Positions 15,196 through 27,594 of a stretch of 64,000 nucleotides of DNA are shown one piece after another. Position numbers and translations under genes: made by a program. The stretch lies in the sequence record ON528726; one strand, written 5' to 3'. Numbering within the stretch: the first letter of the stretch is position 1; each line of letters begins with the position of its first letter. Below the pieces are notes generated by a model. That model was not told where the DNA came from and searched no databases. It worked only from the letters and a program-made list of their open reading frames with translations. This DNA comes from Shigella phage ESh16.

Positions 15196-16056
15196 ATGAA
15201 ACAATACCAGGATTTAATTAAAGACATTTTTGAAAATGGCTATGAAACCGATGACCGAACAGGCACAGGAACAATTGCTTTGTTCGGTACTAAATTACGC
15301 TGGGATTTAACTAAAGGTTTTCCTGCCGTAACAACTAAGAAGCTCGCCTGGAAAGCTTGCATTGCTGAGCTAATATGGTTTTTATCGGGAAGTACAAATG
15401 TCAATGATTTGCGATTAATTCAACATGATTCATTAATTCAAGGCAAAACAGTCTGGGATGAAAATTACGAAAATCAAGCAAAAGATTTAGGATACCATAG
15501 CGGTGAACTTGGTCCAATTTATGGAAAACAATGGCGCGATTTTGGCGGTGTAGACCAAATTATAGAAGTTGTTGATCGTATTAAAAAATTGCCAAATGAT
15601 AGGCGTCAAATTGTTTCAGCATGGAATCCAGCTGAACTTAAATATATGGCATTACCGCCTTGTCATATGTTCTATCAGTTTAATGTGCGTAATGGCTATT
15701 TGGATTTGCAGTGGTATCAACGTTCGGTAGATGTTTTCCTCGGTCTTCCATTTAATATTGCATCATATGCTACGTTAGTTCATATTGTAGCTAAGATGTG
15801 TAATCTTATTCCGGGAGATTTGATATTTTCTGGCGGTAATACTCATATCTATATGAATCATGTAGAACAATGTAAAGAAATTTTGAGGCGTGAACCTAAA
15901 GAGCTTTGTGAGCTGGTAATAGGCGGTCTACCTTATAAATTCCGATATCTTTCTACTAAAGAACAATTAAAATATGTTCTTAAACTTAGGCCTAAAGATT
16001 TTGTTCTTAACAACTATGTATCTCACCCGCCAATTAAAGGAAAGATGGCGGTATAA
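15196..16056 (+). CDS. td: Thymidylate synthase (286 aa), uninterrupted (no group I intron)
   Basis: MKQYQDLIKDIFENGYETDDRTGTGT...; active-site LPPCHMFYQF; continuous 286-aa ORF. Confidence 0.96.
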   Translation: MKQYQDLIKDIFENGYETDDRTGTGTIALFGTKLRWDLTKGFPAVTTKKLAWKACIAELIWFLSGSTNVNDLRLIQHDSLIQGKTVWDENYENQAKDLGYHSGELGPIYGKQWRDFGGVDQIIEVVDRIKKLPNDRRQIVSAWNPAELKYMALPPCHMFYQFNVRNGYLDLQWYQRSVDVFLGLPFNIASYATLVHIVAKMCNLIPGDLIFSGGNTHIYMNHVEQCKEILRREPKELCELVIGGLPYKFRYLSTKEQLKYVLKLRPKDFVLNNYVSHPPIKGKMAV

Positions 16057-16079
16057 TTTTAATTTAATTGCGAGGATAT

Positions 16080-16343
16080 ATGATTTTACGATTTAAAGAT
16101 ACTTCTGGTGTCGTTCTTTTTACACTTCCTAATCCAAGCGAGTTAGAAGTTCCAGGACCAAATCAGCCTATTATCATTTATGGCAAAAAATATTATACTC
16201 ATAAAATGACTCGTGAGTATTTTGATAATAAAATTTCTACAGTTAAAACTTCTTCTGATTGTTATTATGATATTACTGTTTTAACGGAAAAACAATATGA
16301 CGAATTATCACCGCGCGGGCCGTCTATGTCAGGTAGTGAATAA
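16080..16343 (+). CDS. Hypothetical protein (87 aa), nrdA.2-like position
   Basis: ATG at 16080 with GAGGA RBS (track ORF begins at upstream TTG). Confidence 0.55.
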   Translation: MILRFKDTSGVVLFTLPNPSELEVPGPNQPIIIYGKKYYTHKMTREYFDNKISTVKTSSDCYYDITVLTEKQYDELSPRGPSMSGSE

Positions 16344-16623
16344 ATATAAATCCGACTTTGATGTTAATATTCACCGTGGTACATTTTGGGGAAATTACGT
16401 CGGTAAAGATGCTGGCAGCCGGGAGGCTGCCATTGAATTATTCAAAAAAGATTTTATACGTCGAATTAAATCCGGAGAAATAACTAAAGCACATTTAGAG
16501 CCTTTACGTGGAATGAGGCTAGGATGCACATGTAAACCGAAGCCGTGTCATGGTGATATAATAGCTCATATAGTTAACCGGTTGTTTAAAGACGATTTTC
16601 AAGTTGAGGACTTATGCAATTAA
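16297..16623 (+). CDS. Hypothetical protein (up to 108 aa) with Cys-x-Cys...Cys-His cluster, nrdA.1-like position
   Basis: ORF track; motif [13 protein letters not shown]; start uncertain (overlaps the upstream ORF by 47 nt). Confidence 0.5.
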   Translation: MTNYHRAGRLCQVVNKYKSDFDVNIHRGTFWGNYVGKDAGSREAAIELFKKDFIRRIKSGEITKAHLEPLRGMRLGCTCKPKPCHGDIIAHIVNRLFKDDFQVEDLCN

Positions 16624-18878
16624 TTAATGTTATCAAAAGTAGTGGTGTTTCTCAGAGCTTTGACCCGCAAAAAATTATTAAAGTTTTATCTTGGGCAGCT
16701 GAAGGAACATCTGTAGATCCTTATGAATTATATGAAAATATTAAATCATATCTCCGTGATGGAATGACAACTGATGACATTCAAACCATTGTAATTAAGG
16801 CTGCTGCGAATTCTATTTCAGTTGAAGAGCCTGATTATCAATATGTAGCTGCACGCTGTTTAATGTTCGCTCTTCGTAAGCATGTTTATGGACAGTATGA
16901 ACCACGTTCATTTATTGACCATATTTCTTACTGTGTAAATGAAGGTAAATACGACCCTGAATTATTGTCAAAATATTCAGCAGAAGAAATTACATTTTTA
17001 GAATCAAAAATTAAGCACGAACGGGATATGGAATTTACTTATTCCGGGGCGATGCAATTAAAAGAAAAATATCTAGTTAAAGATAAAACCACTGGTCAAA
17101 TTTATGAAACTCCACAGTTTGCATTTATGACTATTGGAATGGCATTGCATCAAGATGAACCTGTTGATAGATTAAAACATGTTATTCGTTTTTATGAAGC
17201 AGTATCTACTCGACAGATTTCACTGCCAACCCCTATTATGGCTGGTTGCCGTACTCCAACTCGGCAGTTTAGTTCATGCGTTGTTATTGAGGCAGGTGAT
17301 TCGCTGAAGTCTATCAACAAGGCTTCCGCTTCAATTGTTGAATATATCTCCAAACGCGCTGGAATTGGTATTAACGTTGGTATGATTCGCGCCGAAGGTT
17401 CTAAGATTGGCACAGGTGAAGTACGTCATACTGGTGTTATTCCTTTTTGGAAACATTTTCAGACTGCTGTTAAATCATGCTCACAGGGTGGAATTCGTGG
17501 CGGCGCTGCTACTGCTTATTATCCTATTTGGCATTTGGAAGTTGAAAATCTTCTCGTTTTGAAAAATAACAAAGGCGTAGAAGAAAACCGTATCCGTCAT
17601 ATGGATTATGGCGTTCAGCTGAATGATTTGATGATGGAACGTTTTGGAAAGAACGACTACATTACTTTGTTCAGTCCGCATGAAATGGGTGGCGAACTTT
17701 ATTATTCTTATTTTAAAGACCAAGACCGTTTCCGTGAATTATACGAAGCTGCAGAAAAAGACCCTAATATTCGTAAAAAGCGTATTAAAGCCCGTGAACT
17801 GTTTGAATTGCTCATGACTGAACGCTCAGGAACAGCAAGGATTTATGTACAGTTCATTGATAATACGAATAACTATACGCCATTTATTCGTGAAAAGGCA
17901 CCTATTCGTCAGAGTAACTTGTGTTGTGAAATTGCTATTCCAACAAATGATGTGAATAGTCCTGATGCTGAAATTGGATTGTGCACGTTATCTGCATTTG
18001 TGTTAGATAACTTCGATTGGCAAGACCAAGATAAAATTAATGAATTAGCAGAAGTCCAAGTTCGTGCTCTTGATAATCTTTTGGACTACCAAGGATATCC
18101 AGTTCCTGAAGCAGAAAAAGCTAAAAAGCGTCGAAACCTTGGCGTAGGTGTTACTAACTATGCAGCTTGGCTGGCAAGTAATTTTGCTTCTTATGAAGAT
18201 GCTAACGATTTAACACATGAACTATTTGAGAGACTACAGTATGGACTCATTAAAGCATCCATTAAGCTCGCCAAAGAAAAAGGACCTTGCGAATATTATT
18301 CAGACACTCGTTGGTCTCGAGGCGAATTACCTATCGACTGGTACAATAAAAAGATTGACCAAATCGCAGCTCCAAAATACGTTTGTGACTGGTCGTCGCT
18401 GCGGGAAGACCTTAAGCTCTTTGGCATCCGTAATAGCACATTATCAGCACTTATGCCATGTGAGTCATCTTCCCAAGTTTCTAACAGTACAAACGGTATC
18501 GAGCCTCCACGTGGACCAGTCTCTGTTAAAGAATCAAAAGAGGGCTCCTTTAATCAAGTCGTGCCCAATATTGAGCATAACATAGACCTGTATGATTATA
18601 CGTGGAAATTAGCTAAAAAAGGTAATAAACCTTATCTTACGCAAGTAGCTATTATGCTGAAATGGGTATGTCAATCAGCTTCAGCGAATACATATTATGA
18701 CCCGCAGATTTTTCCAAAAGGAAAGGTTCCAATGTCAATAATGATTGATGACCTTTTGTATTTTTGGTATTTTGGCGGAAAAAATTTCTATTATCATAAT
18801 ACCCGTGATGGTTCTGGTACTGATGATTATGAAATAGAAACTCCAAAAGCTGAAGATTGTTCATCCTGTAAATTATGA
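16614..18878 (+). CDS. nrdA: Aerobic ribonucleotide reductase large subunit (754 aa)
   Basis: Size identical to T4 NrdA; ATP-cone N-terminus; synteny td-nrdA-nrdB. Confidence 0.95.
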   Translation: MQLINVIKSSGVSQSFDPQKIIKVLSWAAEGTSVDPYELYENIKSYLRDGMTTDDIQTIVIKAAANSISVEEPDYQYVAARCLMFALRKHVYGQYEPRSFIDHISYCVNEGKYDPELLSKYSAEEITFLESKIKHERDMEFTYSGAMQLKEKYLVKDKTTGQIYETPQFAFMTIGMALHQDEPVDRLKHVIRFYEAVSTRQISLPTPIMAGCRTPTRQFSSCVVIEAGDSLKSINKASASIVEYISKRAGIGINVGMIRAEGSKIGTGEVRHTGVIPFWKHFQTAVKSCSQGGIRGGAATAYYPIWHLEVENLLVLKNNKGVEENRIRHMDYGVQLNDLMMERFGKNDYITLFSPHEMGGELYYSYFKDQDRFRELYEAAEKDPNIRKKRIKARELFELLMTERSGTARIYVQFIDNTNNYTPFIREKAPIRQSNLCCEIAIPTNDVNSPDAEIGLCTLSAFVLDNFDWQDQDKINELAEVQVRALDNLLDYQGYPVPEAEKAKKRRNLGVGVTNYAAWLASNFASYEDANDLTHELFERLQYGLIKASIKLAKEKGPCEYYSDTRWSRGELPIDWYNKKIDQIAAPKYVCDWSSLREDLKLFGIRNSTLSALMPCESSSQVSNSTNGIEPPRGPVSVKESKEGSFNQVVPNIEHNIDLYDYTWKLAKKGNKPYLTQVAIMLKWVCQSASANTYYDPQIFPKGKVPMSIMIDDLLYFWYFGGKNFYYHNTRDGSGTDDYEIETPKAEDCSSCKL

Positions 18879-18929
18879 TATAATTTGACTCACGGACGAG
18901 TCACTATCTATTAACTAAGCGGAAAATTT

Positions 18930-20108
18930 ATGAGCACAGTTTTTAATACAAATCCAGTTGATGTTTTAAAAGAACCTATGTTCTTCGGTTCAGGTCTTGG
19001 TATTGCGCGTTATGATATTCAACGTCATAAAGTTTTTGAAGATTTAACCGAAAAGCAATTATCATTTTTCTGGCGTCCTGAAGAAGTAAACTTGATGATG
19101 GATGCTGCACAATTTAACAAGCTTCCCCAGTATCAGCAAGATATTTTTACTAATAACTTGAAGTATCAATCACTTCTAGATAGCATTCAGGGTCGTGCAC
19201 CGTCTGCTGTACTTATGTCATTAATTTCAGACCCAAGCCTTGATACATGGGTTGCTACATGGACTTTTAGTGAAACTATTCACAGTCGTTCATACACCCA
19301 TATTATGCGGAATCTTTATACTGATCCGTCAAAGGTATTTGATGAGATTGTATTAGATAAAGCTATCATGAAACGTGCTGAATCTATTGGTCGTTATTAT
19401 GATGATGTTATTAAGAAAACTAGATATTGGCAGAATGCTAAAGCTGATATTGAGTACCAAAAAGAAATTAACGCAGACGAAGATGATATTAAAGATGCCA
19501 TAGAGCATGAAATGTATTGGAAACGTGAACTAATGCGCTCTCTTTACCTCTGCCTGCACGTAATCAACGCATTGGAAGCTATTCGTTTTTATGTATCTTT
19601 CGCATGTACCTTTAACTTCCATAAAAACATGGAAATCATGGAAGGTAATGCCAAGATTATGAAGTTCATTGCACGTGATGAGCAGCTTCACCTTAAAGGC
19701 ACCCAATATATTATTCGTCAACTTCAACTTGGCACTGATGGTGATGAATGGGTTAAAATTGCCCAAGAGTGTGAACAAGAAGCAGTTGATATTTTCATGG
19801 AAGTTAACCGACAAGAAAAAGAGTGGGCAGTTCATTTATTTAAAGATGGTGATGTTCCTGGATTAAATACAAATAGCATGTGGAGCTTTATTGATTACTT
19901 AACTGTATCTCGTATGAAACAGTGTGGTCTTCCATGCCCAATTACTGATGCTCCGGTTAAACATCCGTATCCTTGGATTCGTGAATACCTTAATTCTGAT
20001 AATGTTCAATCCGCGCCACAAGAAGTAGAACTTTCATCTTACCTTGTAGCACAGATTGATAATGATGTTGATGATAAAGTTATGATGAGTTTTAAAAAAT
20101 ATTTTTAA
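18930..20108 (+). CDS. nrdB: Ribonucleotide reductase small subunit (392 aa), uninterrupted (no intron)
   Basis: Continuous ORF; size and synteny. Confidence 0.93.
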   Translation: MSTVFNTNPVDVLKEPMFFGSGLGIARYDIQRHKVFEDLTEKQLSFFWRPEEVNLMMDAAQFNKLPQYQQDIFTNNLKYQSLLDSIQGRAPSAVLMSLISDPSLDTWVATWTFSETIHSRSYTHIMRNLYTDPSKVFDEIVLDKAIMKRAESIGRYYDDVIKKTRYWQNAKADIEYQKEINADEDDIKDAIEHEMYWKRELMRSLYLCLHVINALEAIRFYVSFACTFNFHKNMEIMEGNAKIMKFIARDEQLHLKGTQYIIRQLQLGTDGDEWVKIAQECEQEAVDIFMEVNRQEKEWAVHLFKDGDVPGLNTNSMWSFIDYLTVSRMKQCGLPCPITDAPVKHPYPWIREYLNSDNVQSAPQEVELSSYLVAQIDNDVDDKVMMSFKKYF

Positions 20109-20113
20109 GGAGT

Positions 20114-20127
20114 GGGCCGCAAGGCCC
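20114..20127 (+). other. Hairpin gggccgcaaggccc lying between the Shine-Dalgarno AAGGAG (overlapping the nrdB stop) and the denA ATG
   Basis: Perfect 5-bp GC stem with 4-nt loop; SD at 20107-20112, ATG at 20136. Confidence 0.6.
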
Positions 20128-20135
20128 ATTTTATT

Positions 20136-21723
<1,588 letters not shown>

Positions 21724-21726
21724 GCT

Positions 21727-21781
21727 GTTTACAAGTCCCTCGCGTTGTGTTACAGTAGTCTTACTGACATAACATGAGGAC
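21727..21781 (+). promoter_or_regulatory. Early promoter plus stem-loop cassette (PeSL-like), copy A
   Basis: gtttacaagtccctcgcgttgtgttacagtagtcttactgacataacatgagga; near-identical copy at 37178-37232. Confidence 0.55.
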
Positions 21782-21787
21782 TTTATG

Positions 21788-22291
21788 ATGGATTTGCAGC
21801 TTATTACTACTGAGATGGTCGTTGAAGCATACGGTGATACTACAGATGGGATTTCTGTATTTAAAGGAAATCGTCGAGTTGGATATATCACCGATCTTAA
21901 GAAAGATTTAGCTAAGCAAGTCAAGCGGAAAACGACCATTAAAGAATATCGAAATCGTCGTCTTGAGCAAGCCCGTGATATGCTTCCTGATGCAGTTGAG
22001 GAGATGAAAGTATTTTTAGAAAATCAGCTTGCGAAATATGATTGTGATGTGTTCATTAATCAGACTCAACCTAATGTTCATATTAACAACTGTAAATGCT
22101 ATATCATCGTTAATCCTTTGACGGGAAAACATCGTCTTGGAATTAGTAATCCAAATCGTAGCGCATCGGATATGGCAGAAGATGTTGAGGCATGCTTTAA
22201 AATTTCTAAATCTCCTGCTGAACATCATATTTTAATTAACGGTCTTTCTCAAGACGATATTATAGAGGTTATTAAAACTTTATGCAATTAA
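21788..22291 (+). CDS. alc: Alc, inhibitor of host transcription on C-containing DNA (167 aa)
   Basis: Size and position downstream of rnlA as in T4. Confidence 0.8.
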   Translation: MDLQLITTEMVVEAYGDTTDGISVFKGNRRVGYITDLKKDLAKQVKRKTTIKEYRNRRLEQARDMLPDAVEEMKVFLENQLAKYDCDVFINQTQPNVHINNCKCYIIVNPLTGKHRLGISNPNRSASDMAEDVEACFKISKSPAEHHILINGLSQDDIIEVIKTLCN

Positions 22292-22635
22292 GTAATACGA
22301 CAACAGGCTTGTTATTAATTGTAATTGCATTGGGCGGAACTTCTTTAATTTTAAAAAATAAAATTGAAAGATTAGAAACGTCTGTTGTAGAAATTACAAA
22401 AACGGCCAATGAAAACGCTTTAGCATTAAATAATTTGCGAATTCAGTATAATTATATTGATGCGATGAATAATAAAAATCGTGAGGCAATTGCTGCTATT
22501 GAGCGTGAAAATGAAAAACTGCGCAAAGACGCAAAGAAGGCGGATGTGGTGGCTCATAAGCCAGGATTGGTTGAAAAACAAATCAACAACTCCTTCAACA
22601 AGTTCGCAGAAGACATCCAGGACCTTTCTAAATGA
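22282..22635 (+). CDS. Hypothetical membrane-anchored coiled-coil protein (117 aa)
   Basis: N-terminal hydrophobic segment GLLLIVIALGGTSLIL; ORF track. Confidence 0.55.
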   Translation: MQLSNTTTGLLLIVIALGGTSLILKNKIERLETSVVEITKTANENALALNNLRIQYNYIDAMNNKNREAIAAIERENEKLRKDAKKADVVAHKPGLVEKQINNSFNKFAEDIQDLSK

Positions 22636-22931
22636 TTAGACTATCAGCAGTAATATTATCTATTGGTCTTCTAGTTGGTTGTTCGACAAAGCCTCTAGAA
22701 GTAAAGAAAGAAACAGTTCATCCTAATTGGCCAGTACAAATAAAGTCATATGATGAAGCTAAACTATCCTGGCAAGTTAAAGTTATTGATGGTAAAGCTT
22801 GGGTCGGTATGCCATTTGAAGATTCTCAGGAATTTCGTATTTGGCTTAATGATGTAAAACGATATGTACATGATCAGAAAACTATGATATGTTATTATCG
22901 CCAAGAGTTAAAAGAGGATAAATGCAAATGA
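22632..22931 (+). CDS. Putative lipoprotein (99 aa)
   Basis: Signal peptide with lipobox LLVGCS. Confidence 0.55.
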   Translation: MIRLSAVILSIGLLVGCSTKPLEVKKETVHPNWPVQIKSYDEAKLSWQVKVIDGKAWVGMPFEDSQEFRIWLNDVKRYVHDQKTMICYYRQELKEDKCK

Positions 22932-23152
22932 TTTCATGGCATCAATTTGAACATCTCAAAGGATTGATTTATGAATCCGAGATGGCTGCAATGATTTACG
23001 GACGCCAGATTCAGCGGTTAGAATCTTTACCTCCAACTAATGATGTTTTATTAGCTCAATCTCGTGCTAATCTTAAAAATGAATACCAAAATAAGTGGGG
23101 TAAAGCATCTAAAGACCTGCATGATTATATTCAATCATTGGTTGAGAAATAA
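22922..23152 (+). CDS. Hypothetical protein (76 aa)
   Basis: ORF track; translationally coupled to neighbours. Confidence 0.5.
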   Translation: MQMISWHQFEHLKGLIYESEMAAMIYGRQIQRLESLPPTNDVLLAQSRANLKNEYQNKWGKASKDLHDYIQSLVEK

Positions 23153-23155
23153 TAA

Positions 23156-24380
<1,225 letters not shown>

Positions 24381-24381
<1 letters not shown>

Positions 24382-24578
24382 TGGCGTGGCATCATGAAAC
24401 TTGGTCTATTGTTATTGTAAATAGTGGTTTAGTTGGTACTAGTAATGGGCAATTTTGTGTATTCACTAGTGAAATCAGAGCTTGGGAGGAATGCCTTAAA
24501 TTAAGAGAAAAGAATCCTGATGTTGAACTAACAGTAAAGAAAACTAAACTGCCTTTACCATGGAAAACTTATGAATAA
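24381..24578 (+). CDS. Hypothetical protein (65 aa), cd.5-like position
   Basis: ATG overlapping pseT stop (TAATG). Confidence 0.5.
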
Positions 24579-24771
24579 CATAGAAAAGATTTATCAACTT
24601 TGCGATAAAATTGAAAAAGAAAAGAAATATCTATTTTGTTTATGGCCTATTGTTGATGGAAGAATAGACTTAGATATTCTTGATTATGAAACAGAAGACA
24701 TAGTAGATGGTTCAACTTTTGATAATGCGTTGGATGTTATTAATTGGCTTGAAGAAAATTATGTGGGGTGA
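24571..24771 (+). CDS. Hypothetical protein (66 aa), cd.4-like position
   Basis: ORF track. Confidence 0.5.
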   Translation: MNNIEKIYQLCDKIEKEKKYLFCLWPIVDGRIDLDILDYETEDIVDGSTFDNALDVINWLEENYVG

Positions 24772-24773
24772 AT

Positions 24774-25049
24774 ATGTTTCCGACTTATTCTAAAATCGTA
24801 GAAGTAGTGTTTAGTCAAATTATCGCTAATAATATGTTTGAAAAGCTTGATAACGCAGCCGAGCTTCGAATTCATGCTCAAGTGACTCATGTATTGAACA
24901 CTTTGCTTCCAGACCAGGTGGATTCTATTGCAATTACGCTGTATCCGGGTTCCGCGCATATCATTGTCGTATTTGGTCTTGATGCTGAGCTAGTCATCAA
25001 AGGCGATATTCGCTTTGAATCACAGACATCAGAATTCAAAGCAATTTAA
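24774..25049 (+). CDS. Hypothetical protein (about 91 aa), cd.3-like position
   Basis: ATG immediately after upstream stop; track ORF starts at GTG 24768. Confidence 0.5.
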   Translation: MFPTYSKIVEVVFSQIIANNMFEKLDNAAELRIHAQVTHVLNTLLPDQVDSIAITLYPGSAHIIVVFGLDAELVIKGDIRFESQTSEFKAI

Positions 25050-25051
25050 TG

Positions 25052-25081
25052 GTTTACTTTATGGTAGAGTTGTGATATTAT
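25052..25081 (+). promoter_or_regulatory. Early promoter with overlapping stem-loop (PeSL-like)
   Basis: gtttactttatggtagagttgtgatattatagctctacc: -35 GTTTACT, -10 TATTAT, inverted repeat GGTAGAG/CTCTACC. Confidence 0.5.
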
Positions 25082-25111
25082 AGCTCTACCAAAACAAATG
25101 AGGAAAACAAA

Positions 25112-25348
25112 ATGCTAAGTGAAAAACCAATTACTGTTAAAGAATTCCAAGAAAAAGTTAAACTATTTGCTCAGGAATTGGTAAATAAGGTTTCTGAACG
25201 ATTTCCAGAAACATCGGTTCGTGTTATTACCGAAACTCCTCGTTCAGTATTAGTAATTGTGAATCCAGGTGATGGTGACCAAATAACACATCTCAAATTG
25301 GATTTTGATGGATTAGTTGAAGCACAAAGGGTGTATGGCGTACTATGA
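25112..25348 (+). CDS. Hypothetical protein (78 aa), cd.2-like position
   Basis: GAGGAAAA RBS. Confidence 0.55.
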   Translation: MLSEKPITVKEFQEKVKLFAQELVNKVSERFPETSVRVITETPRSVLVIVNPGDGDQITHLKLDFDGLVEAQRVYGVL

Positions 25349-25683
25349 TGAATTTAACTGATATAATTGATAATTGTCTTGAAAATGATACTGGCGATCA
25401 TAGAGCGCTTGACTCTGAAACAGCACAGTTCATTAGAATAACTTTAATGAATGACACTCTAGTGAATAGTATTCATCCTTCTGTGTATGATGCTATTATT
25501 GTGACGAAGTACCCAGTTGAGCTTCACAAAAAGATGGTTGGCGCAATTTTTATTGATAAGAAAAACCGCTTTAAAGATGGGCAGAATATAATTAGTTCTG
25601 TTATTAAAAGTATAACTAAACTTCGTCACGAAATTTATCGTGTTGAAACTGCTAAATCTGCTTATCTGGTGATTATGAAATGA
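25345..25683 (+). CDS. Hypothetical protein (112 aa), cd.1-like position
   Basis: ORF track. Confidence 0.55.
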   Translation: MMNLTDIIDNCLENDTGDHRALDSETAQFIRITLMNDTLVNSIHPSVYDAIIVTKYPVELHKKMVGAIFIDKKNRFKDGQNIISSVIKSITKLRHEIYRVETAKSAYLVIMK

Positions 25684-26261
25684 AAGCGAGTACAGTACTT
25701 CAAATTGCATATTTAGTATCGCAAGAATCAAAATGTTGCTCCTGGAAGGTAGGAGCAGTAATTGAAAAGAATGGACGTATTATTTCTACCGGATATAATG
25801 GTTCACCTGCCGGGGGTGTGAACTGTTGTGATTATGCTGCTGAGCAAGGTTGGTTGCTGAATAAGCCTAAACATACTATCATTCAAGGTCATAAGCCTGA
25901 ATGTGTATCGTTTGGTTCAACTGATCGTTTTGTCTTGGCGAAAGAACACCGTAGCGCTCACTCTGAATGGTCGTCTAAAAATGAAATTCATGCTGAACTA
26001 AATGCGATTTTGTTTGCTGCACGAAACGGTTCTTCAATTGAAGGTGCTACTATGTATGTAACACTTTCTCCTTGCCCAGATTGTGCAAAAGCGATAGCTC
26101 AATCTGGTATTAAAAAGCTGGTTTATTGCGAAACATATGATAAAAATAAACCTGGCTGGGATGATATTCTGCGAAATGCAGGTATTGAAGTGTTTAATGT
26201 TCCTAAGAAAAACTTGAATAAGTTAAACTGGGAAAATATCAACGAATTCTGTGGTGAATAA
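25680..26261 (+). CDS. cd: dCMP deaminase (193 aa)
   Basis: Zinc-binding deaminase motifs HAELNA and PCPDCA; size identical to T4 Cd. Confidence 0.95.
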   Translation: MKASTVLQIAYLVSQESKCCSWKVGAVIEKNGRIISTGYNGSPAGGVNCCDYAAEQGWLLNKPKHTIIQGHKPECVSFGSTDRFVLAKEHRSAHSEWSSKNEIHAELNAILFAARNGSSIEGATMYVTLSPCPDCAKAIAQSGIKKLVYCETYDKNKPGWDDILRNAGIEVFNVPKKNLNKLNWENINEFCGE

Positions 26262-26497
26262 TGAAATTTCGTTTGGTACAGCTCACAGCAATTAGTTCTT
26301 ATTCTAACGAGAACATTTCATTTGCTGTAGAGTATAAGAAATATTTTTTCTCTAAATGGAAACAGTATTATAAAACTGATTGGACTAGTATTGATAGGCC
26401 GTATAGTTGGAAATCTGATTTAGAAAAATGCCAAAAATTGCTTTCCACTCTTAAAGAACGTGGAACAACTCATATTAAAACTGTAATAGGTAAATAA
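26261..26497 (+). CDS. 31.2: Hypothetical protein (78 aa)
   Basis: Position between cd and 31. Confidence 0.5.
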   Translation: MKFRLVQLTAISSYSNENISFAVEYKKYFFSKWKQYYKTDWTSIDRPYSWKSDLEKCQKLLSTLKERGTTHIKTVIGK

Positions 26498-26806
26498 ATG
26501 AAACTGACGACTGAACAAAAAGTAGCAATTCGTGAAATTTTGAAAACTAAATTGTCCATGGGGGTTTCAAACGTAGTTTTTGAAAAGTCTGATGGTACTA
26601 TTCGTACTATGAAAGGCACTCGTGATGCGGACTTTATGCCAACCATGCAAACTGGTAAATTGACTGAATCTGCTCGGAAAGAATCTACTGATATGATTCC
26701 AGTATTTGATGTTGAGCTTGGCGTGTGGCGAGGTTTTTCTATTGACAAATTGATTTCCGTTAATGGTATGAAAGCTGAGCATTTGCTTCAATTTATTGGT
26801 AAATAA
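26498..26806 (+). CDS. 31.1: Hypothetical protein (102 aa)
   Basis: Position between cd and 31. Confidence 0.5.
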   Translation: MKLTTEQKVAIREILKTKLSMGVSNVVFEKSDGTIRTMKGTRDADFMPTMQTGKLTESARKESTDMIPVFDVELGVWRGFSIDKLISVNGMKAEHLLQFIGK

Positions 26807-26862
26807 ATGCTTTAAGAATTATTTGTTATTATTAATTCATCTGTTAACAAAAAGGAAAAATG

Positions 26863-27198
26863 ATGTCTGAAGTACAACAGCTACCAATTCGTGCTGTCGG
26901 TGAGTATGTTATTTTAGTTTCTGAACCTGCACAAGCCGGTGATGAAGAAGTTACAGAATCAGGACTTATTATCGGTAAACGTGTTCAAGGTGAAGTTCCT
27001 GAACTGTGTGTAGTTCACTCTGTTGGTCCTGATGTTCCTGAAGGTTTCTGTGAAGTTGGTGATTTGACTTCTCTTCCAGTTGGTCAAATTCGAAACGTTC
27101 CGCATCCTTTTGTAGCCTTGGGACTTAAGCAGCCAAAAGAAATTAAACAAAAATTCGTTACCTGTCACTATAAAGCTATTCCGTGTCTTTATAAGTGA
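26863..27198 (+). CDS. 31: Co-chaperonin gp31 (GroES analogue, 111 aa)
   Basis: [40 protein letters not shown]...; size. Confidence 0.93.
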
Positions 27199-27345
27199 TA
27201 TAAATAATAATATGAATTGGGTGTCGGAATAATAAGTTAACCGAACAATTCTACGTGGTAGTCTACAACTGAGAGATCTGTCGAAAGAAGATGAAATTCA
27301 GAAGAACGTGACTACCGAGTTTTAATCTCTAACGAGAATTTTTAA

Positions 27346-27594
27346 ATGATTAAACAATTACAACACGCTCTTGAACTGCAACGAAACGCATGGAATAATG
27401 GTCACGAAAACTATGGCGCATCTATTGATGTTGAAGCCGAAGCTCTTGAAATCCTGCGTTATTTCAAACATCTGAATCCTGCTCAAACTGCATTAGCCGC
27501 TGAGCTTCAGGAAAAAGATGAACTTAAATATGCTAAGCCTCTGGCTTCTGCTGCACGAAAAGCAGTTCGTCACTTTGTGGTAACACTGAAGTAA
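27346..27594 (+). CDS. rIII: rIII lysis-inhibition accessory protein (82 aa)
   Basis: Size and position after gene 31. Confidence 0.8.
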   Translation: MIKQLQHALELQRNAWNNGHENYGASIDVEAEALEILRYFKHLNPAQTALAAELQEKDELKYAKPLASAARKAVRHFVVTLK

